From Nitrosopumilus sp. (GTDB taxonomy: Archaea; Thermoproteota; Nitrososphaeria; Nitrososphaerales; Nitrosopumilaceae): a stretch of DNA of 64,000 nucleotides. Positions 29,677-40,497 of this stretch are shown piece after piece (the first letter of the stretch is position 1; every line of letters starts with the position of its first letter). The DNA is taken from positions 1,248,001 through 1,312,000 of the forward strand of contig OZ240211.1 of the NCBI GenBank assembly GCA_965197525.1, given 5' to 3'. The notes beneath the pieces are model-generated. The model was not told the origin of the DNA. It saw only the letters and a program-made list of their open reading frames with translations, and made no database searches. A program made the position numbers and the translations under genes.

Positions 29677-30579
29677 ATGGACAATTTAGATATAAAGATC
29701 TTCAGCCAGCTGCTAGTTGATTGCAGGAGATCCAACAGACAGATAGGTAAAGAGTTAGGCGTGTCTGGAGGAACGGTGATGGCAAGAACAAAAAAAATGA
29801 TAGATCATGGCATCATTGAAAAGTTTGCTATTATAATAAGACCTGCGGTTTTTGGATATAATATTTTGTATATTGTAATAAAAGATATTGATACCAACGA
29901 AATTTTTGAACGAGGTAAGTTTGTAGGCGAATTAGATTATGTAGTTCCATGTGTAGGAGGTATTACACTGTGTAGTATTATAGTAAAAGACAATCTAGAA
30001 GAAAAAATAAAATTGTTAAATGAATTGATAAAAGATGTAAAAATTTTATCTGTCCTTAGAGTAGAGGAACTGAACTTTGAACAAAATTTTACAAAGACGG
30101 ACATAGAAATTGTGGATGAGCTGATAAAAGATCCTAGACAGAAGAAAGAGCAGATTGCAAAAAATACAAAATTATCGACAAAGACAGTAGCACGCTGTAT
30201 TGAAAAGCTTCATGCAAACAACGGAGTTCAATTCACATTAACTTGCAATCCAATAAAGATGGATAAGTTTATCCCTCATGCAATGATGGTATGGGTAAAT
30301 GATCAAATGGACGAAGCCGTAAAAGACTTTAACTGTGCATTTGAAGAGTTATACTTGCAAAATCCTTTAATTACAAAAGACCAAATTATGTTGTATATGT
30401 ATACTGATAGTATCTTTAAAATAGATGAAATAACACAAGAAATCAAAAAAAGAAAAAATGTAACAGCAGTAGATCTCTTCATTCCAAAAGAGATATTGTT
30501 TTCCAATAAATGGTTAGAAGATGTAGTGATAGATTGTAAAAAAGCATCTAAATTACATTTAACATATCATAGAAATTAA
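29677..30579 (+). CDS. Lrp/AsnC-family transcriptional regulator (two HTH modules)
   Basis: LDIKIFSQLL.DCRRSNRQIGKELGVS; second HTH DIEIVDELIKDPR. Confidence 0.85.
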   Translation: MDNLDIKIFSQLLVDCRRSNRQIGKELGVSGGTVMARTKKMIDHGIIEKFAIIIRPAVFGYNILYIVIKDIDTNEIFERGKFVGELDYVVPCVGGITLCSIIVKDNLEEKIKLLNELIKDVKILSVLRVEELNFEQNFTKTDIEIVDELIKDPRQKKEQIAKNTKLSTKTVARCIEKLHANNGVQFTLTCNPIKMDKFIPHAMMVWVNDQMDEAVKDFNCAFEELYLQNPLITKDQIMLYMYTDSIFKIDEITQEIKKRKNVTAVDLFIPKEILFSNKWLEDVVIDCKKASKLHLTYHRN

Positions 30580-30603
30580 ATAGTAACAACATTTAATGTT
30601 CAT

Positions 30604-31119
30604 ATGAAGAAAACAAAGATCTTTGAGGGAAAAATTTTAGAACTTTGTGTTTATGAAGGAAATATAGAAGGTAGGAGGGTCAGGCGGGAGATAATTGAAC
30701 ATAGAGGGGCTGCTGCCATGCTTGCTTTTGATGAAAACAATAAAGTGATTTTGGTCAGACAGCACAGATTTCCTCATGGATATGGCTTGGAGATTCCGGC
30801 AGGAACGCTAGAGAAGGGAGAAGATCCAATGAAATGTGCATTTAGAGAACTAGAAGAAGAGACGGGATATAGGGCAAAAAAGATGACACCGTTAATAATG
30901 TACTATCCATCACTTGGATACAGCACAGAATCGATTCATTGCTTTCTTGCTACAGGACTAAAAAAGATGGATGGATTGAAACTAGATGATGATGAGATAC
31001 TGTCTGTTGTAAAAATGGATTTGAGGAAAGTATTGCGGTTAATCCGAACAAGTAAAATCCACGACTCAAAAACTATTTGTGCGGTTTTAACGTATGCTGC
31101 AAAGAAGAAATTATACTAG
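30604..31119 (+). CDS. NUDIX hydrolase (ADP-ribose pyrophosphatase-like)
   Basis: Nudix box GTLEKGEDPMKCAFRELEEETGY. Confidence 0.93.
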   Translation: MKKTKIFEGKILELCVYEGNIEGRRVRREIIEHRGAAAMLAFDENNKVILVRQHRFPHGYGLEIPAGTLEKGEDPMKCAFRELEEETGYRAKKMTPLIMYYPSLGYSTESIHCFLATGLKKMDGLKLDDDEILSVVKMDLRKVLRLIRTSKIHDSKTICAVLTYAAKKKLY

Positions 31120-31167
31120 TGCCATGATCATTTATTTTTACTATTGTGGGTATTGGCCCTACAATTA

Positions 31168-32148
31168 TTATTTGTTATAAATTGGTTGGACAAGATCAGC
31201 AACGTCTGCCCAAGATTGTCCTATTCTCTCAAACATATACACCAAATCTAAAAAATCCATTGGAATTTGTTTTGTATTTCCTAATACAGTACGGAGCTTA
31301 CCAAGCTTTGCTTCATATTGTTTGTGAAGAGATATTGCTTCAATAGCTAAAAGCCTATCTGATTTTACAAATGCGTTAATGGATTTTTCAGCATGATTGT
31401 TGAAATTTTTCACGACGTCGTATATCTTTTTCAAGGATTCTTTTGAAAGAGAAGAGTTGTAAATGGAATCCGACAGTTCTACAATAGAATCACCTGCATT
31501 TTCAAGAAGGTTTGCTGCCACTCTATAGTCGAGAATATCAATATTTTCTAAATTGAATGTAGAGGATAATCTTCTGTTAACTAGAGTGCTACGAATCAGA
31601 CGGACAAGTAAAAAATATTGTCTGTTTACCTCAACATCACGATTCGATAACGTCTGTAAATTAGATTTGTCTTCTGAAATTAATCCATTTAAAATATCGT
31701 TATACATACCTAGTGCAAGAGAGCTTATTCGTTTGAGAATTTTTGAAGGGTTAAGCGTTGTTGCATCTAATAGAAATTGCATATTAATATGAGAAGCGTC
31801 CTCTTCAATTATCTCCATTCCAACTAGTCGCCGCATTGAATTTCGAATTTCTTCTCTGTCTTTTCCGGGAATGAATGATTTGGAAGTGATCGCAATGATG
31901 TCATATCCTAAAAGATATGCTCCTGTAATGTCAGCTACAATATTCTCTTCTTTTGGTAAGGGGTAGGAGATCACGAGTTGCTTTGTAGGCCGTGTCTCTT
32001 TATTTACCGATATTGAGATGCTGTCTTGCATAGTCTCAAGCTCAACTTGATTGCCTTTGTCTAAATTATTGATATCAATCCACTCCTTTGGTAGAGACAC
32101 GAGTATGCTACTGCCAATTCTCTGTAGGCGTCTAACAAATTTAGTCAA
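31168..32148 (-). CDS. AbrB-PhoU phosphate uptake regulator
   Basis: RRLQRIGSSILVSLPKEW N-terminus plus PhoU repeats (FERIGQSWADVAD). Confidence 0.88.
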   Translation of the reverse strand: MTKFVRRLQRIGSSILVSLPKEWIDINNLDKGNQVELETMQDSISISVNKETRPTKQLVISYPLPKEENIVADITGAYLLGYDIIAITSKSFIPGKDREEIRNSMRRLVGMEIIEEDASHINMQFLLDATTLNPSKILKRISSLALGMYNDILNGLISEDKSNLQTLSNRDVEVNRQYFLLVRLIRSTLVNRRLSSTFNLENIDILDYRVAANLLENAGDSIVELSDSIYNSSLSKESLKKIYDVVKNFNNHAEKSINAFVKSDRLLAIEAISLHKQYEAKLGKLRTVLGNTKQIPMDFLDLVYMFERIGQSWADVADLVQPIYNK

Positions 32149-32213
32149 TTTAAACCAATTTAATTAATTTAAGCCATATTCTTATATTTTGTGTTTAGTT
32201 TAAATTAGAATTA

Positions 32214-33134
32214 ATGAAGGGAATGGCGTTTTGTCCTGCACACATCACAGGTTTCTTTAAAGCACATATGCCAGACAAACAAGATCATGGTGTTTTAGAT
32301 AAAGCAGGATCAATCGGGGCCGGCTTTTCAATAAAGCAGGGAGTCACAACAAGAGTAAGAGTGGAGGAGAGGAAGAATAACCAGAAACGAAACTTTCAAA
32401 TCAGAACATATGGATATCAGTCAGATAAAACCAACGTATCTAAACATGTTTTAAGTGAATTTTTAAAACTAGGAGAATTTTCAAATTTATTTTTTAACAT
32501 TGAACATGTTGTGTTGGTTCCAGTAGGATATGGTTTAGGTTCTAGTAGTGCAGTTGCGTTATCATTGGCTTTTGCACTAGATCAAGCTCTCAAAACAAAA
32601 CTGGAGAAGACAAAGATGGGAGAGATTGCCCATAATGCAGAAATAAAATGCAGAACAGGGTTGGGAGATGTTTTGGCATCATTTCATGGTGGTTTTGAAA
32701 TTCGTCTCAAACCAGGAGCGCCAGGAATTGGCTCTGTTGAGAAGATCTCTGTTGAGAAGATCTCTGTGATCATGGCATGTTTTTCTCCAATATCTACAAA
32801 TAAATTCATCAAAGAACACTTGTCTCAAATTAATGGATTAGGGGGAAGAATGGTAAATAGGCTGTTAGAATCCAAGAGTTATGAACATTTTCAAGATATG
32901 TCTATCGAATTTGCAAGATATGTGGATATCATGACTCCAAGAATGAAGAAGATAGTTGATGAATTAGAAAGAAATAACATTAAATGCGGGGTAGCGTTGT
33001 TTGGTGAAACTATTTTCTCACTAGTACCGCATAAAGAAGAGCAGAAAGTTTTAGAGATTATACAAAAGTATCCAGATGGAATTATAATAAAATCAGAGAT
33101 AGATGAGGTAGGAGCAAGAGTTCTAAATAATTAA
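32214..33134 (+). CDS. pok: Pantoate kinase (GHMP family)
   Basis: PAHITGFF, PVGYGLGSSSA, AHNAEI...TGLGDV, RLKPGAPG. Confidence 0.88.
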   Translation: MKGMAFCPAHITGFFKAHMPDKQDHGVLDKAGSIGAGFSIKQGVTTRVRVEERKNNQKRNFQIRTYGYQSDKTNVSKHVLSEFLKLGEFSNLFFNIEHVVLVPVGYGLGSSSAVALSLAFALDQALKTKLEKTKMGEIAHNAEIKCRTGLGDVLASFHGGFEIRLKPGAPGIGSVEKISVEKISVIMACFSPISTNKFIKEHLSQINGLGGRMVNRLLESKSYEHFQDMSIEFARYVDIMTPRMKKIVDELERNNIKCGVALFGETIFSLVPHKEEQKVLEIIQKYPDGIIIKSEIDEVGARVLNN

Positions 33135-33144
33135 TTGAAGATAC

Positions 33145-33912
33145 ATGATGACTGTTATTCCCAAATCTCATCCAAGAGCCAAATCGCTTTTAATTCGTGA
33201 AAAACTAGTAAAAGGATTTGAGGAAGGATTAGTCGCAAAAGAAGGGCTGTTAGCACAGGGCAGGGGAGAAGCTTTTGATTATCTGCTAGGTGAACAGACA
33301 AACAAGGCTGCAGTACATGCTATAAGGGCCGCAGCAGCGCAAATATTGCTAGCAGACAGGCCTTTAATCTCAGTTAACGGAAACATATCAGCACTAGTTC
33401 CAGAATCAATCGTAAAGCTATCCAATAAGAGCAATGGAAGATTAGAAGTAAACCTGTTTTATGCAGATAAACAAAGAAAACTGGCAATCATCAAAACTCT
33501 GCAAAAAAATGGAGCAGATGAAATTTTTGGCTCTAATGATAATTTGTCTAAAAAATTAGATGGGATTGATTCTGCAAGACAGCTTGTTGACAAAGATGGT
33601 ATTTTTGCAGCAGACGTTGTAGTTGTGCCACTAGAAGACGGAGATAGGACTATGGCATTAAGACGGATGGGAAAAATAGTAATTACGTTTGATCTAAATC
33701 CTTTGTCAAGAACAGCACAAACTGCTAATATTACAATTGTAGATAATGTAACAAGAGCAGTTGATCTATTAATTGATAAAGTAGAAGAACTGTCAAGAGA
33801 GAGTAAAAAAAATCTACAAGAGATTGTAGAGGATTTTGACAATAAAAAAAATCTACAGGAATGTGTAAAACAAATAAAAGATAATTTAGAAGAGAGGGCG
33901 GGAATTGCATAA
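33145..33912 (+). CDS. pps: Phosphopantothenate synthetase
   Basis: IPKSHPR, AQGRGEAFDYLLGE, VPLEDGDR, DLNPLSRT. Confidence 0.92.
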   Translation: MMTVIPKSHPRAKSLLIREKLVKGFEEGLVAKEGLLAQGRGEAFDYLLGEQTNKAAVHAIRAAAAQILLADRPLISVNGNISALVPESIVKLSNKSNGRLEVNLFYADKQRKLAIIKTLQKNGADEIFGSNDNLSKKLDGIDSARQLVDKDGIFAADVVVVPLEDGDRTMALRRMGKIVITFDLNPLSRTAQTANITIVDNVTRAVDLLIDKVEELSRESKKNLQEIVEDFDNKKNLQECVKQIKDNLEERAGIA

Positions 33913-34741
33913 GACAGTCGAGAATATCATGCAAATGAAACAAAACCAAGAAAAAATTTCCGTAATTACAAGTTATGACTATACTTTGGCATCGTTATGT
34001 GATAGGGCAGGAATTGATGTAATACTAGTTGGTGATAGCGCTGGAATGGTGATGTTAGGATATGAGAATACAGTACAAGTAACAATGGAACATATGTGTA
34101 TGTTTACAAATGCGGTTAGTAAAGCAAGAAAGGATGCTTTGGTGGTAGCAGATTTACCATTTATGTCATATCAAACAAGCATTGAGAATGCTATCAGTAA
34201 TGCAGGAAAATTGATCAAAGCTGGTGCAGATGCAGTAAAACTTGAAGGAGGTAAGGAAATGGCTAAAACGGCTAGAGCGATAGCGGATGTAGGCATTCCT
34301 GTAATGGGTCATATTGGATTGCAACCACAGACCACTACACTACTACAAGGGTACAAGGTACAAGGAAGAACAAAGGAGGCTGCACTCAGGCTGATAAATG
34401 ATGCAAACGAGCTTCAGGAAGCAGGTGTGTTTAGCATTGTATTAGAGATGGTAAGTCATGAGGTTGCCCAGATTATCTCAGAGACTGTCAGCATTCCTAC
34501 AATAGGAATAGGTTCTGGGGTGAATTGTGATGGACAAGTGTTGGTAGCTCAAGATTTGTTGGGAATGTATGATCGAATTAAACCAAAATTTGTAAATAGA
34601 TACATGAATCTGTCTGAAGATATTACAAAATCGCTTGCTAATTATAAAAATGATGTTAGAGCAGGCATATTCCCATCAGAGGAGAATTGGTTTTTGATGA
34701 ATAAAGAAGAATTACAAAGATTACGTGATTATCTTGGGTGA
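33905..34741 (+). CDS. panB: 3-methyl-2-oxobutanoate hydroxymethyltransferase
   Basis: LVGDSAGMV, ADLPFMSY, AVKLEGG, GHIGLQPQ, IGIGSG. Confidence 0.95.
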   Translation: MHKTVENIMQMKQNQEKISVITSYDYTLASLCDRAGIDVILVGDSAGMVMLGYENTVQVTMEHMCMFTNAVSKARKDALVVADLPFMSYQTSIENAISNAGKLIKAGADAVKLEGGKEMAKTARAIADVGIPVMGHIGLQPQTTTLLQGYKVQGRTKEAALRLINDANELQEAGVFSIVLEMVSHEVAQIISETVSIPTIGIGSGVNCDGQVLVAQDLLGMYDRIKPKFVNRYMNLSEDITKSLANYKNDVRAGIFPSEENWFLMNKEELQRLRDYLG

Positions 34742-35999
34742 TAAAAGACCTACAAAAGGACATCCATCCTTAGACATAGTTAGTTCACGTGGAGTTGAAT
34801 TAGTTGGGAAAAAGATTGTGCTTTGTATAGCAGGTAGTGTTGCAGCATACAAAGCAATTGAACTTGCAAGATTATTGATGCGACATGGAGCAGATGTAAG
34901 ATGTGTGACAAGTGATGCGGTTACAAAATTGATACGACCTGATTATTTCAAATGGGCTACAGGTAATCAAGTGGTTACAAAACTTACGGGAGAGCTAGAA
35001 CACATACAACTAGCAGACTACAAGCAGTCTGATTTGATAATAGTATATCCTGCAACCGCAAATACGTTAGGAAAGCTAGCAAACGGTATTGACGATACCC
35101 CGGTATCGACTGTGCTTACAGTGGGGTTTGGATCAAGAATTCCGATTTTAATGTGTCTTGCCATGCACGCATCAATGTATGATAATTCGGCTGTCAAGCG
35201 AAATATGGGATTTTTAAAAAAAAAGTTAACGTTTCTTGAACCTTCAATAGTTGAAGGTAAGGCAAAAGCTTCAGAACCAGAAGATGTTTTAGAGCATGTT
35301 TTAAAGAAATTTGGATTATCGTCAGTATTAAAAGACAAGCGAGTATTAATTACTGCGGGACCAACTGTAGAGCGTATAGATCAGATACGCGCGATTATAA
35401 ACCAGAGTTCAGGGAAAACCGGAGTTAGTCTAGCAACAGAGCTAGTTTCTGCAGGAGCCAAGGTTACATTCGTTTATGGTCCAGGCAGAGAGGAACCACC
35501 AAAGGGGGTAAAGGTGGTCAATGTCTCATCTAGTAAAGAGATGCATGATGCAGTAAAAAAAGCATTAAAGAAGAAATTTGATATTGTAATTATGGCAGCT
35601 GCAGTAGCTGACTATACGCCCACAGCCCAGAGTAAGACAAAGATTTCAAGCCTGGAGGTAAGATGTAGGATAGATCTTAAAAAAACTCCCAAGATTATTG
35701 ATTATATAAAGACATATCAGAAAGATGTCTTGTTAGTAGGCTTCAAAGCTGAGGTAGGTTTGACTGAGGCCCAATTGATCAAAGCAGCTAAAAGGAAGTT
35801 AAGCGAGTCGTCTGCAGATTTTATTGTAGCAAATGACGTTGGGTCTAGCAAATACAAGAAAAACTCTCAAAAAAATCAGGTATGGATTGTAGATTCTAAA
35901 AAGGCGGTTACTTCAGGTTGGGTAAATAAACAAAAAATTGCAAAAATTATCAGGAAGAAAATTGAAACAAAGATAAAACAAAGAAAACAAGAACTGTAA
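34725..35999 (+). CDS. coaBC: Phosphopantothenoylcysteine decarboxylase/ligase
   Basis: GSVAAYKA, PATANTLGK, ITAGPT.E.ID, MAAAVADY, VGFKAE. Confidence 0.95.
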   Translation: MIILGDKRPTKGHPSLDIVSSRGVELVGKKIVLCIAGSVAAYKAIELARLLMRHGADVRCVTSDAVTKLIRPDYFKWATGNQVVTKLTGELEHIQLADYKQSDLIIVYPATANTLGKLANGIDDTPVSTVLTVGFGSRIPILMCLAMHASMYDNSAVKRNMGFLKKKLTFLEPSIVEGKAKASEPEDVLEHVLKKFGLSSVLKDKRVLITAGPTVERIDQIRAIINQSSGKTGVSLATELVSAGAKVTFVYGPGREEPPKGVKVVNVSSSKEMHDAVKKALKKKFDIVIMAAAVADYTPTAQSKTKISSLEVRCRIDLKKTPKIIDYIKTYQKDVLLVGFKAEVGLTEAQLIKAAKRKLSESSADFIVANDVGSSKYKKNSQKNQVWIVDSKKAVTSGWVNKQKIAKIIRKKIETKIKQRKQEL

Positions 36000-36123
36000 A
36001 AGATCGGTTAATCTATACACCTTGACTAAAGATAAAAGTTCAGACGATGCAACGCGTATGATACAACAAAGACGCAAGTATATTCCACAAAATATATCAG
36101 ATGTAGATAATGCGATCATATAC

Positions 36124-36963
36124 ATGAGATTTGCCAATACGGAATATAAAAAACGAAATATGAAGATCTGGGATGAGATTGCCCCTCGGTATCATAAGAG
36201 ATGGGCAAATAAGGGAAGAGGGCCGTTTCAGAGTACGAAAAAATTAGTAGATTCTGTTGGAATTAAAAAGGATGATTCGGTGTTAGATGTAGCGTGCGGT
36301 ACAGGTGTAGTGATAAGAGAGATTCAGAGGAGGATTAAGAGATCAGGATATGTTATAGGTGTTGATACCTCAAGTACAGCAATTAAAATTGCAAAGAGGT
36401 GTAATAAGGAGACAAATGTGGATTTTGTGAATGCTGACGCCGAGAGATTCACTTTTACCAAAAAATTTGATATTGCTACATGCCAGTATGCATTATTCTT
36501 CTTTCCTAATGCACAAAAAACATTGAGAAATATCAGACGCAGTCTTAAAAAAACAGGTCGTATTGGGATTTCAGTTCACGGAAGGAGTGACAAGGTTCCG
36601 TTTTTTAGTAGCATTTTGGATGTTATTATAAGATATATTCCAGATTATGTCCCACCCGGGTCTCTAAATCTTGATAGGTTTGGTACAAAATCGTCTTTAT
36701 ACGCTGAGGTCAAAAAGGCTGGATTCTCAAAAATAGTAGTAAAAGAGTTTATTTTTTACCATAATCCAGGAAAGTTTGAAGATTATTGGAGAAATTACCT
36801 CAGATATATAGCAAAACCGGCAAAAGAGAAGATAACCGAGCTGAGCAATACGGGTAGAAGGGAGTTGAGGCGTTTAGTAAAGGAGAATACTATCCAGTAT
36901 ACCAATAAGGATGGAGATATTGTGTTTCCCTGGCAAGTTTTAATTCTAACAGCAGAATACTAG
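36124..36963 (+). CDS. Class I SAM-dependent methyltransferase (UbiE-like)
   Basis: VLDVACGTG, GVDTS, DAERF. Start placed at ATG 36124. Confidence 0.85.
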   Translation: MRFANTEYKKRNMKIWDEIAPRYHKRWANKGRGPFQSTKKLVDSVGIKKDDSVLDVACGTGVVIREIQRRIKRSGYVIGVDTSSTAIKIAKRCNKETNVDFVNADAERFTFTKKFDIATCQYALFFFPNAQKTLRNIRRSLKKTGRIGISVHGRSDKVPFFSSILDVIIRYIPDYVPPGSLNLDRFGTKSSLYAEVKKAGFSKIVVKEFIFYHNPGKFEDYWRNYLRYIAKPAKEKITELSNTGRRELRRLVKENTIQYTNKDGDIVFPWQVLILTAEY

Positions 36964-36979
36964 TGATCAAGGAGAAGAA

Positions 36980-37477
36980 GTGATAGTATTGAAAAAAGAT
37001 GACAAGAAGAATAGGGATAATGACAAGCCAAAAGAGAATAGTTTCAGATCATTTCTCAAGAAGAGAGCACCACTCTATCTTGCAGTGGTTGCTATAGTAG
37101 TGGTTTTTGTAATTCCTGAATTAACAAAAGGAACATTAGAAAATAGCTTGCCTGAACTGCCTGCTGCTGAACAAGAAATTGTGAATATTTTGATGGAATA
37201 TGACGGTCCTAATAAAGTTGGATTAACCGTAATGGATGCAATAAGCATCAAGATAGATGAAGAGTATCTTAATGAAAAAATTTACGATAATAAAAGAACG
37301 CAGATAGAGCTTGTGGTAACAGACGTAAGCGCAGAAGAATACCAGATAGTTTTGAATTTCAAATCACATAAAGGTGAGATGAATTACGATTGGAATGTAA
37401 ATACAAATTCTGAGGAGATTATATCAAATAATCAAGAATCAAAGCATATCATAAATCTGGTAGATTTTTACGATTAG
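36980..37477 (+). CDS. Hypothetical membrane-anchored protein
   Basis: Single N-terminal TM and acidic soluble domain. Confidence 0.7.
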   Translation: MIVLKKDDKKNRDNDKPKENSFRSFLKKRAPLYLAVVAIVVVFVIPELTKGTLENSLPELPAAEQEIVNILMEYDGPNKVGLTVMDAISIKIDEEYLNEKIYDNKRTQIELVVTDVSAEEYQIVLNFKSHKGEMNYDWNVNTNSEEIISNNQESKHIINLVDFYD

Positions 37478-37542
37478 TGTATTTTTATGAAAAAATGGAC
37501 ATTTAGACAAATTTTTATACAATGTATATTCATGTGTGTGTA

Positions 37543-37740
37543 ATGAACGTGAGACGAAATATCGTAATCGATAAAAAGTTGGAAGATATGTTTCGTAGGA
37601 GAATATCTGACACTCGAGGAGATCTCAAGAAAGGCGCAATAAGTGAAGCACACGCAGAAGCAATGAAATTGTGGATTAGTGCAAACCCAAAGAAGAAGAA
37701 GAAGAAAGGCGCAAAAGCAAAGAAGAGAACCAGAAAGTAA
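37543..37740 (+). CDS. Small basic protein, ribbon-helix-helix-like with Lys-rich tail
   Basis: MNVRRNIVIDKKLEDMFR...GAISEAHAEAMKLWI; TATA-like tttttata about 30 nt upstream of ATG 37543. Confidence 0.6.
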   Translation: MNVRRNIVIDKKLEDMFRRRISDTRGDLKKGAISEAHAEAMKLWISANPKKKKKKGAKAKKRTRK

Positions 37741-37986
37741 TAATAATAAATAATTAGAGTTATTTTCAAAACCCATTATTGGTTTTTATTTTAAAATCAT
37801 AACTGAAGATACCGCATGGTATTTTGGCCAAAATATCTACAAGATGTCTAAAATTAGGATATGGTGTTACCAAATAATAAAAAATCAGAATGCCTGTTTT
37901 TATCAGGATATAATAGCTGTGTTTTAGATCGTCAAATACTCAAATTTGACTTTTGGTTTTGTTTAACATGTAAAAGAAATAACATT

Positions 37987-39051
37987 TCATAGTACAAGCA
38001 GATCTTTTGTAAATTTGTGCATTATAATAGGTCGCTGCTTTACAATTAGTGAATCTTCTATTCGTATTCCAAATTTGTTTGGTATGTATACTCCAGGCTC
38101 TACAGTTATTGCCATATTCTCTTTTAATTTTGCGTTACTGTTGCAAGAAATATTTGGTAATTCATGCACTTCTAATCCAATTCCATGTCCTGTTGAGTGA
38201 ATAAAGTATTGGCCGTAGTTCTTTTCTGAAATATAGTCCCTGCATGCAGTATCTACATCTTTGCAATACACATTAGGTTTTACAGTTTTTAAACCAAGTT
38301 TTTGAGATTCTTTAACAATCTCATATGCTTGAGTGGCTTGGGATGAAATATTTCCAAGTGCAAATGTTCTTGTTGCGTCAGATACATATCCTTTGTATCT
38401 CAATGTAAGATCAATTACTATAAGATCACTCCTCTTAAATTTCCGTCTTGTCACTTGAGCATGAGGAAGTGCACCATTTGATCCTCCAGCAATAATCAAA
38501 GGATTGAGTGTTGATTTGTATCCTGTATCAAACATCTCTTGCTCCATTGCAAATGACATCAAGATTGTTTGTAGCTCGGACTCTGTTTGACCTACCTTGA
38601 TCTTTTTGGTACACATGTAAAACATCTCATCAATAATTTTTGAGGCTTTTTTCAGAATTTGAATCTCTTTGTCATCTTTGATGATACGAGAATCGTAAAA
38701 TGGTTCTGTGGATGACTTGATCTTTGGGAGAGATTTTTTCAAAGCCGTCACAATAGAATAATTCTGACAATCAGTGCATATGTGTTGATCTTGGACTTTG
38801 GTTATCAAAGAAGAGATTAGACCAGTTCCACGTTCTGCTACAACTATATCGCAATCCAGAGATTCGTCTCTAGCACGTTGCACCTCAAGTTCAGGAGCTA
38901 TGATTGTAGTTTTCCCCGTTTTTTCAAGCAGTCCTATGGCCTCACCCCAAAAACCAGTCATGTAAAACAGATTTTCAGGCTCAAATGTAACTAGTGTGTC
39001 ACAGTCGATTTTTTTAGCATTTTTTAACAGATTTTGTCTACGTTGTTTCAT
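37987..39051 (-). CDS. Xaa-Pro aminopeptidase (M24)
   Basis: GALPHA, DLTLRYKGYVSDATRT, HSTGHGIGLEVHE, TVEPGVY, GIRIED. Confidence 0.93.
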   Translation of the reverse strand: MKQRRQNLLKNAKKIDCDTLVTFEPENLFYMTGFWGEAIGLLEKTGKTTIIAPELEVQRARDESLDCDIVVAERGTGLISSLITKVQDQHICTDCQNYSIVTALKKSLPKIKSSTEPFYDSRIIKDDKEIQILKKASKIIDEMFYMCTKKIKVGQTESELQTILMSFAMEQEMFDTGYKSTLNPLIIAGGSNGALPHAQVTRRKFKRSDLIVIDLTLRYKGYVSDATRTFALGNISSQATQAYEIVKESQKLGLKTVKPNVYCKDVDTACRDYISEKNYGQYFIHSTGHGIGLEVHELPNISCNSNAKLKENMAITVEPGVYIPNKFGIRIEDSLIVKQRPIIMHKFTKDLLVL

Positions 39052-39077
39052 ACAGATTACCTAGAATTCTCAAATTT

Positions 39078-40145
39078 ATGTATGATGCAAAGTTTGTATA
39101 TGGAAAATTTATGCATAACTCTGTGTCCGAAGATAAAGAAGAGAAGAGTAAGAAGAAAGTAGTTGCATTGCTATCAGGAGGTTTAGACAGCCAACTTGCA
39201 GTAAGAATGATGCAGAAACAAGGTTTTGAAGTTTCAGCAGTAGCAATTAAGACGCCTTTTTGTGATTTTGATTGTGGACGGGGGTGCGGATTTGAAATTA
39301 GGGAGAGAGCGGACGATCTCAATGTGAATTTAAAGACGGTATATCTTGGAGATGAATACATAGAGATGCTAAAACATCCAAAACATGGAGTGGGTGCGGG
39401 ATTTAATCCATGTGTAGATTGTAGAACTATGATGTTTGATGCTGCAAAAAAACACATGGAAGAGATTGGTGCAGAATTTGTTATCTCAGGCGAAGTTTTA
39501 GGACAGCGTCCAATGAGTCAGCACAGAAAAGCGTTGAGAACCATTGAAGAGGAATCAGGATTAGATGGAAAGATTGTAAGGCCGTTGTCAGCAGGATTAT
39601 TACCAAAAACAGCTCCTGAAAAAGAAGGTCTGATTAAAAGAGAGAATCTCGGGATGATAAAGGGGAGAACAAGAAGGCACCAACTACAAATGGCAAAAGA
39701 GTATGGAATAGATAATCCACCTAACGCTGGTGGCGGTTGTTTATTAACAGAACCGCAATTTGGAAGAAAGGCAAAAGATTTGTTTGATCATGTTGAGACT
39801 CCTTCAATAAATGAGATTGATCTATTAAAAATTGGAAGGCATTTCAGATTGGATGAGCAGACAAAATTTGTGGTGGGGCGAAACAAGGATGAAAATGATA
39901 TGATACAAGCATTGGCGTTGCCAGAAGATATTCTACTTGAAGCAAAAGATGCCTTGGGACCGATCTCAATTCTGCGTGGGAAGAGTGCAGCATCTCATAT
40001 AGAATTTGCAGCGTCGGTGACTTTGAGATACTCTGATGCACCAAGAGATCAACGCGGTGTTGTATCTGTGAAAAAGGGCCCTCTGACTGAAGAGATTAAT
40101 GTTCAGTGTGCAAAAGAAGAATCCTACATCAAATTTAGAATGTAG
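39078..40145 (+). CDS. PP-loop tRNA sulfurtransferase-like protein with DUF814/NFACT-R C-terminus
   Basis: LLSGGLDSQLA, CVDCR, SGEVLGQRPMSQ, PNAGGGCLLT, GRHFR. Confidence 0.85.
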   Translation: MYDAKFVYGKFMHNSVSEDKEEKSKKKVVALLSGGLDSQLAVRMMQKQGFEVSAVAIKTPFCDFDCGRGCGFEIRERADDLNVNLKTVYLGDEYIEMLKHPKHGVGAGFNPCVDCRTMMFDAAKKHMEEIGAEFVISGEVLGQRPMSQHRKALRTIEEESGLDGKIVRPLSAGLLPKTAPEKEGLIKRENLGMIKGRTRRHQLQMAKEYGIDNPPNAGGGCLLTEPQFGRKAKDLFDHVETPSINEIDLLKIGRHFRLDEQTKFVVGRNKDENDMIQALALPEDILLEAKDALGPISILRGKSAASHIEFAASVTLRYSDAPRDQRGVVSVKKGPLTEEINVQCAKEESYIKFRM

Positions 40146-40218
40146 GCATGAAATTTGTCATGAATTGCCTGCAAATAAAGAAGAGTTTTTGAGGAAGTAT
40201 ATCTAATTTTTAGTAAGA

Positions 40219-40497
40219 ATGCAGAAACAAGAGAATCCAACATATCTGAAAGCCCTAACAATCAGAGATATCAGCGATGTTCATTCTATCAAGGAAGACA
40301 TTAAAAAAGATATGATCTTGATTTTACGGGTTACGCCACTAGCACAAAAAGACGTTGCAGAACTACGCAAGGTAGTAGAGACGTTATATTCTGTTGCAAA
40401 ATCAGAAAATGCAGAAATTGCAAGATTGGGAGAGGAGAGGATTATAGTAACGCCATCTGGTATAAAGATTTGGAAACCAGAATACGATCTAAAATAA
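40219..40497 (+). CDS. sepF: Cell division protein SepF
   Basis: IKEDIKKDMILILRVTPL...IARLGEERIIVTP. Confidence 0.8.
   Translation: MQKQENPTYLKALTIRDISDVHSIKEDIKKDMILILRVTPLAQKDVAELRKVVETLYSVAKSENAEIARLGEERIIVTPSGIKIWKPEYDLK

Noticed and set aside
37820-37835. 16-bp palindrome TATTTTGGCCAAAATA
   Set aside because: Isolated and AT-rich with no second copy seen; could be a terminator or operator but not supportable.
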